Assembly (NCBI RefSeq): GCF_000019345.1
Contig: NC_010503.1
Location: forward strand, 1-32,000
DNA: 32,000 nucleotides
Direction of reading: 5' to 3'
From: Ureaplasma parvum serovar 3 str. ATCC 27815
Lineage (GTDB): Bacteria > Bacillota_I > Bacilli_A > Mycoplasmatales > Mycoplasmoidaceae
Shown here: one piece after another, positions 1 to 11,027 of the stretch
How positions within the stretch are numbered: position 1 is the first letter of the stretch
Layout: each line of letters opens with the position of its first letter
Notes under the pieces: generated by a model
Told to the model about the DNA's origin: nothing
Database searches by the model: none
The model's input: only the letters and a program-made list of their open reading frames with translations
Program-made: the position numbers and the translations under genes

Positions 1-26
1 TTATTTATAAAAAATAGAGGTTACTA

Positions 27-1400
27 ATGGCTAATAATTATCAAACTTTATATGATTCAGCAATAAAAAGGATTCCATACGATCTTATTTCTGATCAAGC
101 TTATGCAATTCTACAAAATGCTAAAACTCATAAAGTTTGCGATGGTGTTTTATATATAATTGTAGCCAATGCCTTTGAAAAAAGTATTATTAACGGTAAT
201 TTTATTAACATTATTTCTAAATATCTAAGCGAAGAATTCAAAAAGGAAAATATTGTTAATTTTGAATTTATTATAGACAATGAAAAATTATTAATTAATA
301 GCAATTTTTTAATTAAAGAAACTAATATTAAAAATCGTTTTAATTTTAGTGATGAACTTTTACGTTACAATTTTAACAATTTAGTAATTAGTAATTTTAA
401 TCAAAAAGCGATTAAGGCGATTGAAAATTTATTTTCAAATAACTATGATAATAGTTCAATGTGTAACCCTTTATTTTTATTTGGTAAAGTTGGTGTTGGT
501 AAAACGCATATCGTGGCTGCTGCTGGTAATCGTTTTGCTAATAGTAATCCTAATTTAAAAATTTATTATTATGAAGGGCAAGATTTTTTTCGAAAGTTTT
601 GTTCTGCTTCGTTAAAAGGGACTAGTTATGTTGAAGAGTTTAAAAAAGAAATTGCTTCAGCAGATTTATTAATTTTTGAAGATATTCAAAATATCCAATC
701 ACGTGATTCAACGGCTGAATTGTTTTTTAATATCTTTAATGATATAAAATTAAATGGTGGAAAAATTATCTTAACATCTGACCGTACACCAAACGAACTT
801 AATGGTTTTCATAATCGAATTATTTCGAGATTAGCGTCAGGTTTGCAGTGTAAAATTTCTCAACCCGACAAAAATGAAGCTATTAAAATTATTAATAATT
901 GGTTTGAATTCAAAAAAAAATATCAAATTACTGACGAAGCTAAAGAATATATTGCTGAAGGTTTTCACACTGATATTAGACAGATGATTGGTAATCTAAA
1001 ACAAATTTGTTTTTGAGCGGACAATGATACTAATAAAGATTTAATAATCACAAAAGATTATGTAATTGAGTGTTCAGTTGAAAACGAAATTCCACTAAAT
1101 ATTGTTGTTAAAAAACAATTTAAACCTGAACAAATAATTGAAATTGTTGCAAAAGAATTAAATATAAAAACAGATTTAATTAAATCTTCTATTAGAAAAA
1201 ATAATATAGTTTGAGCGCGTGATATTGTTTGTTATATTCTAAAAAATAAACTAAATTTAACTTTAACAGATATTGGTAAATTACTAAACGGACGAGAACA
1301 CACTACAATTAGTCATAGTATTAGTAAAGTTCAAAAAATTCTTGATGATGAAAATAGTCAAGAAGCACTACAAATTAATCTAATTATCAATAAATTTTAA
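27..1400 (+). CDS. dnaA: Chromosomal replication initiator protein DnaA (457 aa, table 4)
   Basis: Track ORF 27..1016 ends at a TGA that reads through as Trp (..[14 protein letters not shown]..) in the same frame to TAA at 1398-1400. Walker [10 protein letters not shown], Walker B-like LLIFEDIQ, and C-terminal DNA-binding signature [17 protein letters not shown]. Confidence 0.97.
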
Positions 1401-1540
1401 TTTTATTAAAGAAAAGTAATCAAAACTTATTAAAATATTATATATTTATATATAGTGTATTTTCGTGTTTTTGAACTCAAAACATAAAATTACTAATTTT
1501 TTATTATTTAACTTATATATTGTAATAAAGGAAGAGAATT

Positions 1541-1828
1541 ATGAGAGATATTCATCCAGTAAGCAAACCATGCGTTTATAATTGTGTAACATGTAAAAAA
1601 GAATTTATAATTGATTCTGCAGCAAAAAATACAGAAGTTGCAATTGAAGTTTGTTCAAATTGCCATACATTTTTTATTGGTAAACAAAACGCAACTACAA
1701 CATTACGTGGTCGTGCTGAAAAACTAAATAATCGTTTTGAAGCTGGTTTAAATAACATTAATAAAAAACCAGAAAAGAAAAAAATACAAGGTAAATCTGA
1801 ACCAAGAAAAAGTTTAAACGAATTATAA
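1541..1828 (+). CDS. rpmE: 50S ribosomal protein L31 (bL31, zinc-type with CxxC...CxxC)
   Basis: MRDIHP..CVTC..EVCSNCHTFFIGKQ..GRAEKLNNRF matches the bL31 pattern; upstream SD-like ggaagaga. Confidence 0.92.
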   Translation: MRDIHPVSKPCVYNCVTCKKEFIIDSAAKNTEVAIEVCSNCHTFFIGKQNATTTLRGRAEKLNNRFEAGLNNINKKPEKKKIQGKSEPRKSLNEL

Positions 1829-1960
1829 TTAATCATCTTGTCATTAATTGCCAAGATTGTTTAATTCTTTTTGTATAATTAAAAATTAGTAGATTAAATA
1901 ACAGGCAATTAGATTACCTGTTATTTTATTTTTACTAAAATATTTAAAACTGAGGGACTT

Positions 1961-3040
1961 ATGGAATACAACAAAAAACTTTATGAAGCAATTGAACGAG
2001 TCGCTATTAAAAATGACGCTTTAAAAAAAGAATTAGAAACGGTTGTAACAGACTTTAAAAAAATTAAAGAGATTAATATACAGTTAAAAAAAACTACTAA
2101 AATTGCTGAAGCCTTTGCAAAATATAAACAAAAATTGGATACTGGTATAGCTGCTGAAAAAATATTAAATACAGAAAAAGATTTAGAATTAATCGAATTA
2201 GCACAGATGGATTTAGATGAAGCTAAAATTAATATTCCAATAATTGAAAATGATTTAAAAATTATGCTGTTGCCAACTGATCCTAATGATGATAAAAATG
2301 TTATTGTTGAAATGCGCCCTGCTGCTGGAGGGGATGAATCATCAATTTTTGTCGGCAATTTGTTTGATACATATCGTGCTTATGCTGAAAATAATAATTG
2401 AAAAATGAAAATTATAGAAATGACTCCGAATGCTGTTGGTTTTAGTTTTATTTCTTTTATGATTTCTGGAGAAGAAGTTTATTCACGAATGAAATTTGAG
2501 TCAGGAGTTCATCGAGTACAACGTGTACCTGCTACTGAATCTAAAGGAAGAGTACATACGTCAACAATTACAGTTGCTGTTCTTCCAGAACAAGATGAAG
2601 TTGATGTTGTAATTAATCCAACAGAATTAAGAATTGATACTTACCGTGCAAGTGGGGCTGGAGGACAGCATGTTAATAGAACAGAATCAGCTGTAAGAAT
2701 TACGCATATTCCAACAGGGGTTGTTGCTGCATGTCAAGAGGGAAAATCACAAATTGAAAACCGAGAAACAGCTATGAAAATGTTAAGAGCTAAATTATGA
2801 GAAGCAGCTCAAGAACAGCAAAATGCAGAATTTGCTAATTTAAGAAAAAATCAAGTTGGTACAGGGGATCGTTCTGAAAAAATCCGTACTTACAATTATC
2901 CACAGAACCGCGTTACTGACCATCGTATTAACCTAACATTAAATAAATTAGACCAAATCATGATGGGTGAGTTAGATGAGATTATTGATGCATTAATTGC
3001 TGACGAACAAACTGGTTTAATGGCTAATTTAGATATTTAA
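1961..3040 (+). CDS. prfA: Peptide chain release factor 1 (359 aa, table 4)
   Basis: Track ORFs 1961..2401 and 2405..2800 are in one frame joined through TGA=Trp and run to TAA 3038-3040. GGQ motif in [25 protein letters not shown]; [15 protein letters not shown] motif. Confidence 0.96.
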
Positions 3041-3912
3041 TGACCTACCATCAATTAATTTTTCAAGCATACTCACTACTTGAAAAAAAATTACGTAATC
3101 CACAAGTAGCATTTCAGTTGCTGTACGGATTAGATAATAAAATTAACGATTCTTATAGTTTTTCAAATAACCGCTTAACAATTGTAAATTCTAATTTAGA
3201 ATATACATATTTTAAACTATTAGATGAATTTATTAATGGAAAACCATTAGTGAGAATTTTAGGATATGGCTATTTTTGTGCAAAGCGCTTTTATGTTGAT
3301 AAAAATGTTTTTGCTTTTCGTGTTGAAACTGAATTATTAATAGATGTTGTTAATAAAGTAATTCAACAATCCACTTATAAAATTAAAAATGTTATTGATG
3401 TTTGTTGTGGTAGTGGTGTTTTAGGGTTAAGTACAAAAATGAATTTTAATCAATTGAATGTTTCATTATTAGATATTTCTATTGATGCAATTAATAATTG
3501 CAAAAAAAATGCTAAATATCATAACTTAACAGATGTAAATTTTATTCATAAAAGTATGCAAGAATACTTTTTAAACACAAAAAAACGGTTTGATTTAATT
3601 ATCTGTAATCCCCCATATATCAAAAGTAATTATGAATTAAATCGTGAAGTCTTAGATTATGACCCCATTAATGCACTTATTGATTTCGATCACAAAGATG
3701 GAATTAGTTTTTATTTATTTATAATAAATAACATTAAATCAATTGCTAATGAGAAATTCACTATTATTTTTGAAATTGGTTTTGATCAAAAAGAAATTTT
3801 AGAAAAAGTTATTAAAAAAAATGAATTTCCTCTTTTTTACTACTTTATAAATGATTATAATAATCTATGTAGAATTTTAATAATAAGTAATATTAAATAT
3901 GAAAATTTATAG
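3040..3912 (+). CDS. prmC: Release factor glutamine methyltransferase (PrmC/HemK family)
   Basis: SAM-binding DVCCGSGVLGL and catalytic NPPYI motif; start codon overlaps the prfA stop. Confidence 0.93.
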   Translation: MTYHQLIFQAYSLLEKKLRNPQVAFQLLYGLDNKINDSYSFSNNRLTIVNSNLEYTYFKLLDEFINGKPLVRILGYGYFCAKRFYVDKNVFAFRVETELLIDVVNKVIQQSTYKIKNVIDVCCGSGVLGLSTKMNFNQLNVSLLDISIDAINNCKKNAKYHNLTDVNFIHKSMQEYFLNTKKRFDLIICNPPYIKSNYELNREVLDYDPINALIDFDHKDGISFYLFIINNIKSIANEKFTIIFEIGFDQKEILEKVIKKNEFPLFYYFINDYNNLCRILIISNIKYENL

Positions 3913-4453
3913 AATAACTAATTTAAATGTGATTTATGATGCTTTAATGGCCAATAAATGTGTTCTAATCCCTACTGATACTATCATTGGTTTATTAGCA
4001 AAAAATCAAGATGTAATTTATGAAATTAAGCAACGTGATCGAAATAAGAAAATCATCCGCTTTGTAGCCGATTACAAATTACTTGGTGATTTAACTGTAG
4101 AACAAAAGCAATTTTTAGATCTTTTTTGACCAGGTTCTGTCACTATCATTAAAAATGGTATTTCTTATCGTATGCCAAATAGCCCTTATATACTAAAATT
4201 AATTCAAAAGTTAGGTCCGTTATATTGTAGTAGTGCTAATATTTCAGGTGAAGAACCAATTAAAAATCATAATGAAGCAATTTTTAAATTTGGAGCAAAT
4301 AGTAAACTAATTTATGTTGAAGCACAACAACAAATTGGTGTTCCATCAACTATTGTTGACATCGATAAATGAGAATACATTCGTCGTGGTGCTAATGTTG
4401 AGATGGTAGATATGTTTATTAAAGAACTAAAAGATAATAAAACAGGGAAATAA
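3899..4453 (+). CDS. TsaC/Sua5/YrdC-like L-threonylcarbamoyladenylate synthase (184 aa, table 4)
   Basis: Track ORFs 3899..4129 and 4172..4372 share a frame and continue through TGA=Trp to TAA 4451-4453. LIPTDTIIGLLAKN..IKQRDRNKKI, FWPGSVTIIK, YCSSANISGEEP and GVPSTIVDI are YrdC-domain motifs. Confidence 0.85.
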
Positions 4454-4456
4454 TCA

Positions 4457-4921
4457 ATGATAAAAAAAATTTATTTTGGTAATGATCATGCTGCTTATGA
4501 AATTAAAGATCAAATTATCACTCATTTAAAACAAAAAGGTTATCAAATTATTGATGAAGGTGCACAAGCCGCATTAGGTTCTGTTGATTATAGTACATAT
4601 GCATTAAAAGTTGCTAATGACGTTGTTAATGATACTAAAAATGATAGCATAGGTATTTTATTATGTGGCACGGGAATAGGTATGAATATAGCAGCAAGCA
4701 AAGTGCATGGAACGCGGGTTGCGTTAGTGTATAACGAAAGCAGTGCAAAACTAGCCAAGGAGCATAATAATGCTAACATAATTACTATAGGAGCACGTGA
4801 AAATAGTTTAAACCAAATTCTTAAAATGATTGATGATTTTTTAACAAGTAAATTTTTAGGCGAGCGTCACCAAAAACGTTTAGATATAATTGCAAAATAT
4901 GAAAAAGAGCAAAATAGTTAA
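4457..4921 (+). CDS. rpiB: Ribose-5-phosphate isomerase B (RpiB/LacAB family)
   Basis: FGNDHAAYEIKDQI, DYSTYALKVA, GILLCGTGIGMNIAASKVHGTRVAL, NANIITIGAR. Confidence 0.93.
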   Translation: MIKKIYFGNDHAAYEIKDQIITHLKQKGYQIIDEGAQAALGSVDYSTYALKVANDVVNDTKNDSIGILLCGTGIGMNIAASKVHGTRVALVYNESSAKLAKEHNNANIITIGARENSLNQILKMIDDFLTSKFLGERHQKRLDIIAKYEKEQNS

Positions 4922-5016
4922 TTTTAAAAGTTTTTTTAATTTTTTTAACATTTTGTGTTCATTTTGTAGTAATATAAAAGTGCAATAAAATATTAATATT
5001 AAAGAAAGATTATATT

Positions 5017-5577
5017 ATGTTAAATATTTTAAATAATGTATCTAATTCTTCACTATATTCAGCCGCTTCAAATGCTACTGCGCAAACTGGTTCAAATTTG
5101 ATCAATGATCTAGTTCCAGAAACATTAACCGCTTCAGGAATTAGTATCGCTATTTCTGTTTTTAGTGTTATAGGTACGATCGTTATTGCTTTGAGTGTAT
5201 TGCCACAAACAATTAAAACTTTACGTGAAAAAGATACAGCTTCATTAAGTTTATTACTATTCTTGCTTAATGGTATTGCTACAGCCTTTTTAACTCTATA
5301 CGGTATTGGACTTGTTACAGTTCATCCAAATTCATTTTCATTCTTAGTGGATATTAAAAACGGAATGTTCATTTATAATAGAGAAGAGTGAGTTGCTGGA
5401 TACTTAATCTGCGGTATCTTCTTAATTATGGGTGAAGCATTATGTTCAGTAACTTCATTTATTGTTCTATTCTGCAAAGTTAATAACATGATTAAAGCTA
5501 AAAAAATGGGAATGAGCGAAGAAGAATATTATGAAAAACAAATTAAACCATTCCTAAAAGTGAAAGGAGCTAACTAA
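5017..5577 (+). CDS. PQ-loop / SemiSWEET-like membrane protein (186 aa, table 4)
   Basis: Three predicted TM segments with LPQTIKTLREKDTASLSLLLFLLNG; ORF 5017..5391 continues through TGA=Trp (..YNREEWVAGYLICG..) to TAA 5575-5577. Confidence 0.8.
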
Positions 5578-5579
5578 TT

Positions 5580-6056
5580 ATGAATTTCACTTCATTATTG
5601 CAAGATGGTATATATGAAGTTGGTAATGGTGCAATCGTTACTGACCAATCACCATATTTAGGAATTACACCTGATTATCAGGGTGCATATGGTTTCCCAA
5701 CACACCCTTGAGGTATTTTCTTTCAAGTTGTTGGAGCTATTTTAGTTTTTGGTGCTTATTTACCTGCTGTTATTAAAGTACTAATTTCAAAAAGAACTGA
5801 AAATTTGGCTATTGGTATGTGAATTATTTCAATTGCTGGTTTAGGATTATTAGCGATATTTGCTTGATTAGGTGTTTCTGTAAACCCTGGAGGATTTATT
5901 CTTGTAGCTCTAAGTGAAACACTATCTTGCATTGCAAGTATAATTGTGTTTGCTTTAAAAATTGCAAATAAAGCTAAAGCTAAAGCCGCTGGTATGACTG
6001 AATTAGAATACTGCAACTTACACTATCCAATTGTTAAAAAATTACCTAAAAGATAA
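5580..6056 (+). CDS. Second, divergent SemiSWEET-like membrane protein (158 aa, table 4)
   Basis: Not reported as a + ORF in the track because of internal TGA codons. ATG 5580 to TAA 6054-6056 gives MNFTSLLQDGIYEVGNGAIV..FFQVVGAILVFGAYLPAVIKVLISKRTENLAIGMWIISIAGLGLLAIFAWLG..GFILVALSETLSCIASIIVFALKIANK.., alignable to the preceding protein. Confidence 0.75.
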
Positions 6057-6086
6057 ATTTAATACTTTTTTTAAAAAAAGAAGAAG

Positions 6087-6118
6087 AAAGAGAGAAGAGT
6101 TAAAACTCTTTTTTCTTT
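6087..6118 (+). terminator. Intrinsic terminator after the SemiSWEET-like pair
   Basis: AAGAGT-TAAA-ACTCTT core (6095-6110), extendable with GU/AU pairs, then a T-rich run. Confidence 0.65.
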
Positions 6119-6200
6119 TTTTATTGTTTATTATCTATAAAACTAAGTTAATGTCTATTATAATATAAATTATAAATTTTATTTGTGGAGGTGGTTTATT

Positions 6201-7823
6201 GTGGAAAATAAACAAAGTACATTAAATTTAAATAACAACACAAATATTAATCAAAATTTTCTAACACAAAATATTTTAAAAACTTACGAACATAAAGATA
6301 TTACAGGACTTAAAAAATTACTAAAATCAAAACGGATTGATAAAATTGTTGAAAGTCTTGAAACTATTAATGATACACAAATTATTTTATTTGTATTAGT
6401 TGCCACAAAAGATGGAATTTGTGGTGATATTTTTAAATATTTAAATACTGAATTAAAATCAAAAATCATAAATGACGCAAGTTTACAGCAATTAAGAATC
6501 ATTTTATTTGAACTTTATAATGATGATGTGATTATTTTAAAAAATGATTTTCCTATGTATACTAAAAAAATCTTACTTTCATTAGACAGCCAACAAAGAG
6601 CAGCTATTAAGCAATTATCTGAATTTGATGAAGATGAAGCTGGTTCAATCATCAATTCTGACTTTTTTACAATCAATCAAAATCTTTCTATCAAAGAAGC
6701 ACTAATTGAAATAAAAAGAATGTATAATGACTTTGAACAAAGTAATATTATATATGTAGTAGATAATTATAATCGTTTAAAAGGATATGTAACAATTCAT
6801 TCATTACTTTTTGCAGATTCTTTTGAATTGAAAATTTCTAATGTTATTCAAGAAGATGTTTTCTATGTTCGTAGTGATGAAGATATTGATGCTGTTTTAG
6901 ATATTTTCAGAAAGTATCAAATTGAACAATTAGCAGTTGTTGATAAAGATAACCAATTAATTGGTTATATTAGTGATAATGATATTTTACCCGTAATTAA
7001 TGCTGAAACAACTACTGATATTTATAAAATGTATGGGATTAGCGAATTAGATTTTCCTTACATTAAATCAAGTGTTTTTGTTTTATTTAAATCACGTCTA
7101 TTATGATTGGCTGTATTAATGATTTCAGCTACATGTACTGGTTTTTTAATTGATAAATTTCAAGATGTAGGACAATTAGTCACAGCAGGTTTATCAACAT
7201 TAGTTATCGTACCAATCATTCCAGCAATGACGGGAACAAGTGGAAATGCTGGATCACAAGCTGCCGCCTCTGTGATTCGTGCTTTATCAGTTGGTGAAAT
7301 TACTTTAAAAGAATATAATAAAGTCCTTGCCAAAGAATTTTTGGTTGGTGCTTTAATTGGTTTAGTTTTAGCAATTATTAATTTTGCTCGTTTGATTATA
7401 TATTTTGCTATTATTAAACCTGATTTACAACAATACAATGTTTTATACGAAAATATTACTAATAATCCACATACTAAAATGATTGTAGGAGCAATTGTTT
7501 CAGCTGGATCATCAGTCGCTTTGTTTTTTGCTATTGTAATTTCTAAATTGCTTGGTGGAACACTGCCACTTTTAGCAACAAAATTAAAAATTGATCCTAC
7601 AATTATGTCAACACCAATTTTATCGACATTACTTGATATGGTTACAACTATTATCCTATTTGGTTTTGGTATTATATTTTTATTAATTATTGTTGATAAA
7701 GTTAAAGTCGAACAACTAAATAATATCCGCGAGCATATTCATGCTATTAAAAATGTTAATTCATGATTACCTAATCAAAATTTTTTATTAAATAATTTGA
7801 ATTATTCAAAACATTTTGCTTAA
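6201..7823 (+). CDS. mgtE: MgtE-family magnesium transporter (table 4)
   Basis: Track ORFs 6183..7106 and 7107..7766 share a frame; reading continues through TGA=Trp to TAA 7821-7823. MgtE N domain (FDEDEAGSIINSDF), CBS domains, TM motif PIIPAMTGTSGNAGSQAAASVIRAL. GTG at 6201 is preceded by GGAGGTGG, favouring this start over the track's TTG at 6183. Confidence 0.93.
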
Positions 7824-7855
7824 TTTTTTTATAGAAATAATTATTTATAAAATGT

Positions 7856-7861
7856 TATAAT
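7856..7861 (+). promoter_or_regulatory. Probable -10 box (TATAAT) for rplJ-rplL transcription
   Basis: TATAAT directly upstream of the folded L10 leader; no convincing -35 identified. Confidence 0.5.
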
Positions 7862-7867
7862 TTAAAA

Positions 7868-7949
7868 GCAATATGCCTAAGAAAGTAACTGTTTATTAAT
7901 TAAACTTAATTTGTTACCGAGGTTTATATTAAACAAAAATGCATGTTGC
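7868..7949 (+). ncRNA. Ribosomal protein L10 leader (cis-regulatory RNA)
   Basis: Closing stem GCAATATGC (7868-7876)/GCATGTTGC (7941-7949); kink-turn-like CCTAAGAAAGTAAC...GTTACCGAGG; two side hairpins GTTTA-TTAAT-TAAAC and GTTTA-TAT-TAAAC; located just 5' of rplJ. Confidence 0.8.
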
Positions 7950-7979
7950 AAACACATATTCTAAATAAGAGGTATAAAT

Positions 7980-8480
7980 ATGGCAAATGTTAGACCAAGT
8001 GTTGTTTTTAAACAACAAGAAGTCAACCATATGGCAGATATACTAAAAAATTCAAAATCTTTTATTGTTTTTGAATATCATGGATTAACTGCTGCTAACA
8101 TTTTAGCGTTAAGAAATGTTTTACATTCATCAAATTCTAAATTATATGTTTTAAAAAATAATATTACAGCACGTGCTTTTGAAAAAGCTGGTGTTAGTGG
8201 ATTTGAAAATCAATTAACAGGACCTAACGCAGTTGCTGTTGCAATGGACGATGAAATTGCTGCGATTAAAGCAGTAAATGATGTAGCTAAAGAATTTGAT
8301 TTTGTCAAAATTAAAGGTGCATATCTTGAAAACAAATTTGCAGATACTCACAAAATCGATCAACTTGCTGCAATTCCTGGCCGTGAAGGTCTATACTCAA
8401 TGCTACTTTCTTGCTTCACAGCACCATTACGTAATGTGATGTATGGTTTAAAAGCTGTAGCTGAGCAAAAAGGTGAATAA
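7980..8480 (+). CDS. rplJ: 50S ribosomal protein L10 (uL10)
   Basis: VVFKQQEVNHMADILKNSKSFIVFEYHGLTAANILALRN..SKLYVLKNNITARAFE; followed by rplL. Confidence 0.93.
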   Translation: MANVRPSVVFKQQEVNHMADILKNSKSFIVFEYHGLTAANILALRNVLHSSNSKLYVLKNNITARAFEKAGVSGFENQLTGPNAVAVAMDDEIAAIKAVNDVAKEFDFVKIKGAYLENKFADTHKIDQLAAIPGREGLYSMLLSCFTAPLRNVMYGLKAVAEQKGE

Positions 8481-8504
8481 AATAATATTATTGGAGAATT
8501 TAAT

Positions 8505-8870
8505 ATGTCAAAATTAACAATTGAACAATTTATTGCTGCGATTAAAGAAATGTCAATGCTAGAATTAAACGATTTGGTTAAAGCTATCGAAACTGAATTT
8601 GGTGTGTCTGCTGCTGCTCCTGTTGCCGCTGCTGCTGCTCCTGTTGCCGCTGAAGCTCCAACTGAAGTAACTATTAAATTAGTTGAAGCTGGTACTAATA
8701 AAGTTGGTGTAATTAAATTAATTCGTGAGATTACAGGATTAGGATTAATGGAAGCTAAAACTGCTGCTGAAACTGCAGGCAGTGTAATTAAAGAAGATGT
8801 TAAAACAGAAGAAGCTAACGAAATCAAAAAGAAATTTGATGAACTTGGTGCAAAAGTACAACTTGTTTAA
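8505..8870 (+). CDS. rplL: 50S ribosomal protein L7/L12 (bL12)
   Basis: [44 protein letters not shown] hinge and [25 protein letters not shown]-terminal domain. Confidence 0.97.
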   Translation: MSKLTIEQFIAAIKEMSMLELNDLVKAIETEFGVSAAAPVAAAAAPVAAEAPTEVTIKLVEAGTNKVGVIKLIREITGLGLMEAKTAAETAGSVIKEDVKTEEANEIKKKFDELGAKVQLV

Positions 8871-8900
8871 TTTTCTCTTTTTTATAAATTGTTATTAATT

Positions 8901-8936
8901 AAAAACCGGCATCTTTTATAAAGGATACCGGTTTTT
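8901..8936. terminator. Bidirectional intrinsic terminator between convergent rplL and BMP lipoprotein genes
   Basis: AAAAACCGG...CCGGTTTTT hairpin at the convergent strand switch. Confidence 0.8.
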
Positions 8937-9094
8937 AATTCTATTTGTTTTTGTTCTAATCAAATTTAATTAGATATTTTATTAAGTTAAATTATAAAGT
9001 TATTATAGTTATAAATGATGATAAAAAAACATTAAGCGTTATACTAATTCATTTTTTATCTTGAATAGACACATACTTAATGTTTTATTTTTAA

Positions 9095-10645
9095 TTATAA
9101 TTGTGGAATCTTAATTCCATGTTTTGCATAGAATTCTTTTAGACCGTTGTACGTATTTTCAGAATATCCACCATCTTTTACTTTTGCTCCTGCATAAGAT
9201 AAAAGCAACCCAATTAATGCTTGTTTTTCATCATTTGATTTAGTATTATCCCATATTTCTTTAAATTTCTTTGAAGATGTGTTAGAAATATATGTAGATT
9301 TGGCAACAGGATAGAAATAATATGTACCTTTAGCTGATTTATAAAAAGTTCCGCCATTTACTCTTGGATCAATCGTTTTATTATTTAATAAAGATGCTTC
9401 ATTATCTGTTTCTTTTTTAACATCTAAATAACCATCAACAACTGGTTTTTTATCAAGTGTTTTAAATAAATCATCATTAGTGATTTTATTAACTAATTCA
9501 TCATATGTGCTTACTTTATCACTTTGATTTGTTTGTGCTAAATTAAATGCATCAATTACATAATGATAAGCTGATGGTGAAATACCAACTACACCATCTG
9601 ATAAATTACCAACAGTATTAACTCCTAATTTATATTTATCTTTTGGATCAATTTCGCTACCAATAACAATCTGGTCAGATTTTTTAGATAATGATTCTCC
9701 CTTAATTGCATTTTCTAATAATTTTATCGTTGCTGTGTCTAAACGTTTTGTAATTGAAAAACGAATAACACCGTTTTTATTTCCGCTTAGATGTGTGTTA
9801 ATAAATTTATCTGTTTTTTTATTGATTGCTTGATCGTTTTCAATTTCTACGTCAACACCAATAACTCCTACATTGTGTGAAGTTGTTGCAATTGCTTCAG
9901 TAACAGCTATTCCAACTTGAGGAATAGCTACTGGTAAAATTAAATCAGCACCTTTAGTAATTAATTCCTGAATAATTTTTTTAGCATTAGCACTATCAGA
10001 TTGGAAACCTCCAGCACTACTTTCTGAAGCATAAACTTGTTCAACATTAATCCATTTTTTTGTTTCTTGTGTTCCTTCTTGTTTAATGTTTTTATCTTTT
10101 AATTTTTCATTAGCTCATTTAACACCTAAATCAAAACCTGCTAAGTAATTGGTTGTATTTTTAGCATTTATACCTACATACCCACCTCAAGTTAATTTAT
10201 TATCTGCACCAAAAACTGCTTGATTTGAGTTTAACATATAAGCTGCAGCAATACCTCCTAAAAAAGCGGCTTCATCAACTTTAAAATAAACATCAGCAAC
10301 ACGATCTGCTCCCTTATAAAACTCAGCTTTATTGTCATTATTATAAACTCCATCTAAAATTAAAGCGATTAAATTAGGATCAAATTTATCATTTACTAAA
10401 GCATTTTGTAATCTTTCAGGATGTTGATAACCAGGCATTAATAAAGCTCGTTTACCATCACTAGCCATACTTTTATATTTTGTTTGAAAACCTTCATCAT
10501 CATCACTTGTTGGTGAAGTCCAATAAAATTGACTATAGTTTAATGTAGATTTTTGTGTACATGATGTTGCTACAGTAATAATTGTACCTAAAGCAAAAAC
10601 GCTACCAATTGCTAAAAATAGAACTTTTTTATTTAACTTTTTCAT
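9095..10645 (-). CDS. BMP/PnrA-like basic membrane lipoprotein 1, ABC-transporter substrate-binding type (516 aa, table 4)
   Basis: Signal peptide with lipobox ITVATSC; [50 protein letters not shown] pattern of BMP family; read through TGA=Trp to TAA at 9095-9097. Confidence 0.88.
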
Positions 10646-10776
10646 TTTACTCCTTTATATTTTATTATTCACAATTTATCTTGAATAACTAAACAAACAA
10701 TTTAAAATCGTTTATTTATTGTTAATAATATTAACCTAAAAAAGTTAAATTTTAAAATCATTTTTTTAAAAAAAAT

Positions 10777-10799
10777 AAAGGAAAAAATCCTTTTTTTCT
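10777..10799. terminator. Weak terminator-like hairpin in the 10.65-11.03 kb intergenic region
   Basis: AAAGGA-AAAAA-TCCTTT flanked by A/T runs on both sides. Confidence 0.35.
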
Positions 10800-11000
10800 T
10801 ATCTTGTCATAAAACTAATTTTTATAAAATTTGTTTAATGAAATTGATAATTTTACTAAAAGCCTTTATTTTAATTAGATTTAATTGAATGATAAAAAAT
10901 AAATAATTAAAAAAGTAATCAAATTAAAACCCTTACTTCATCATAAAAAATAATTTATCATTTCTTTAAAAAAATATGAAATTAATGGTTAGTCTATAAT

Positions 11001-11027
11001 AAAAAAATGTGCAAATAAGCACATTTT
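11001..11027 (-). terminator. Intrinsic terminator of the nucleoside-type ABC operon
   Basis: On the - strand AAAATGTGC-TTATTT-GCACATTTT followed by a T run, directly downstream of the permease stop. Confidence 0.8.

Noticed and set aside
1576-2358. Antisense ORFs 1576..1854 and 1981..2358 on the - strand
   Set aside because: They lie opposite rpmE and prfA, show no recognisable motifs, and are expected in antisense of AT-rich coding DNA.
4588-4779. Antisense ORF on the - strand
   Set aside because: Fully inside rpiB, opposite strand, no start context or motif.
5756-6016. Antisense 86-aa ORF
   Set aside because: Opposite a better-supported table-4 CDS (second SemiSWEET-like protein).
6284-7438. 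Antisense ORFs 6284..6502 and 7160..7438
   Set aside because: Both lie opposite mgtE, whose domains are clear.
8360-8827. 155-aa - strand ORF antisense to rplJ/rplL
   Set aside because: Composition (Ala/Pro/Ser-rich) is explained by the complement of the rplL Ala-rich hinge; rplL is unambiguous.
9100-9112. TGTGGAAT string resembling part of a DnaA box
   Set aside because: Single partial match inside the C-terminal coding part of BMP lipoprotein 1; no cluster.
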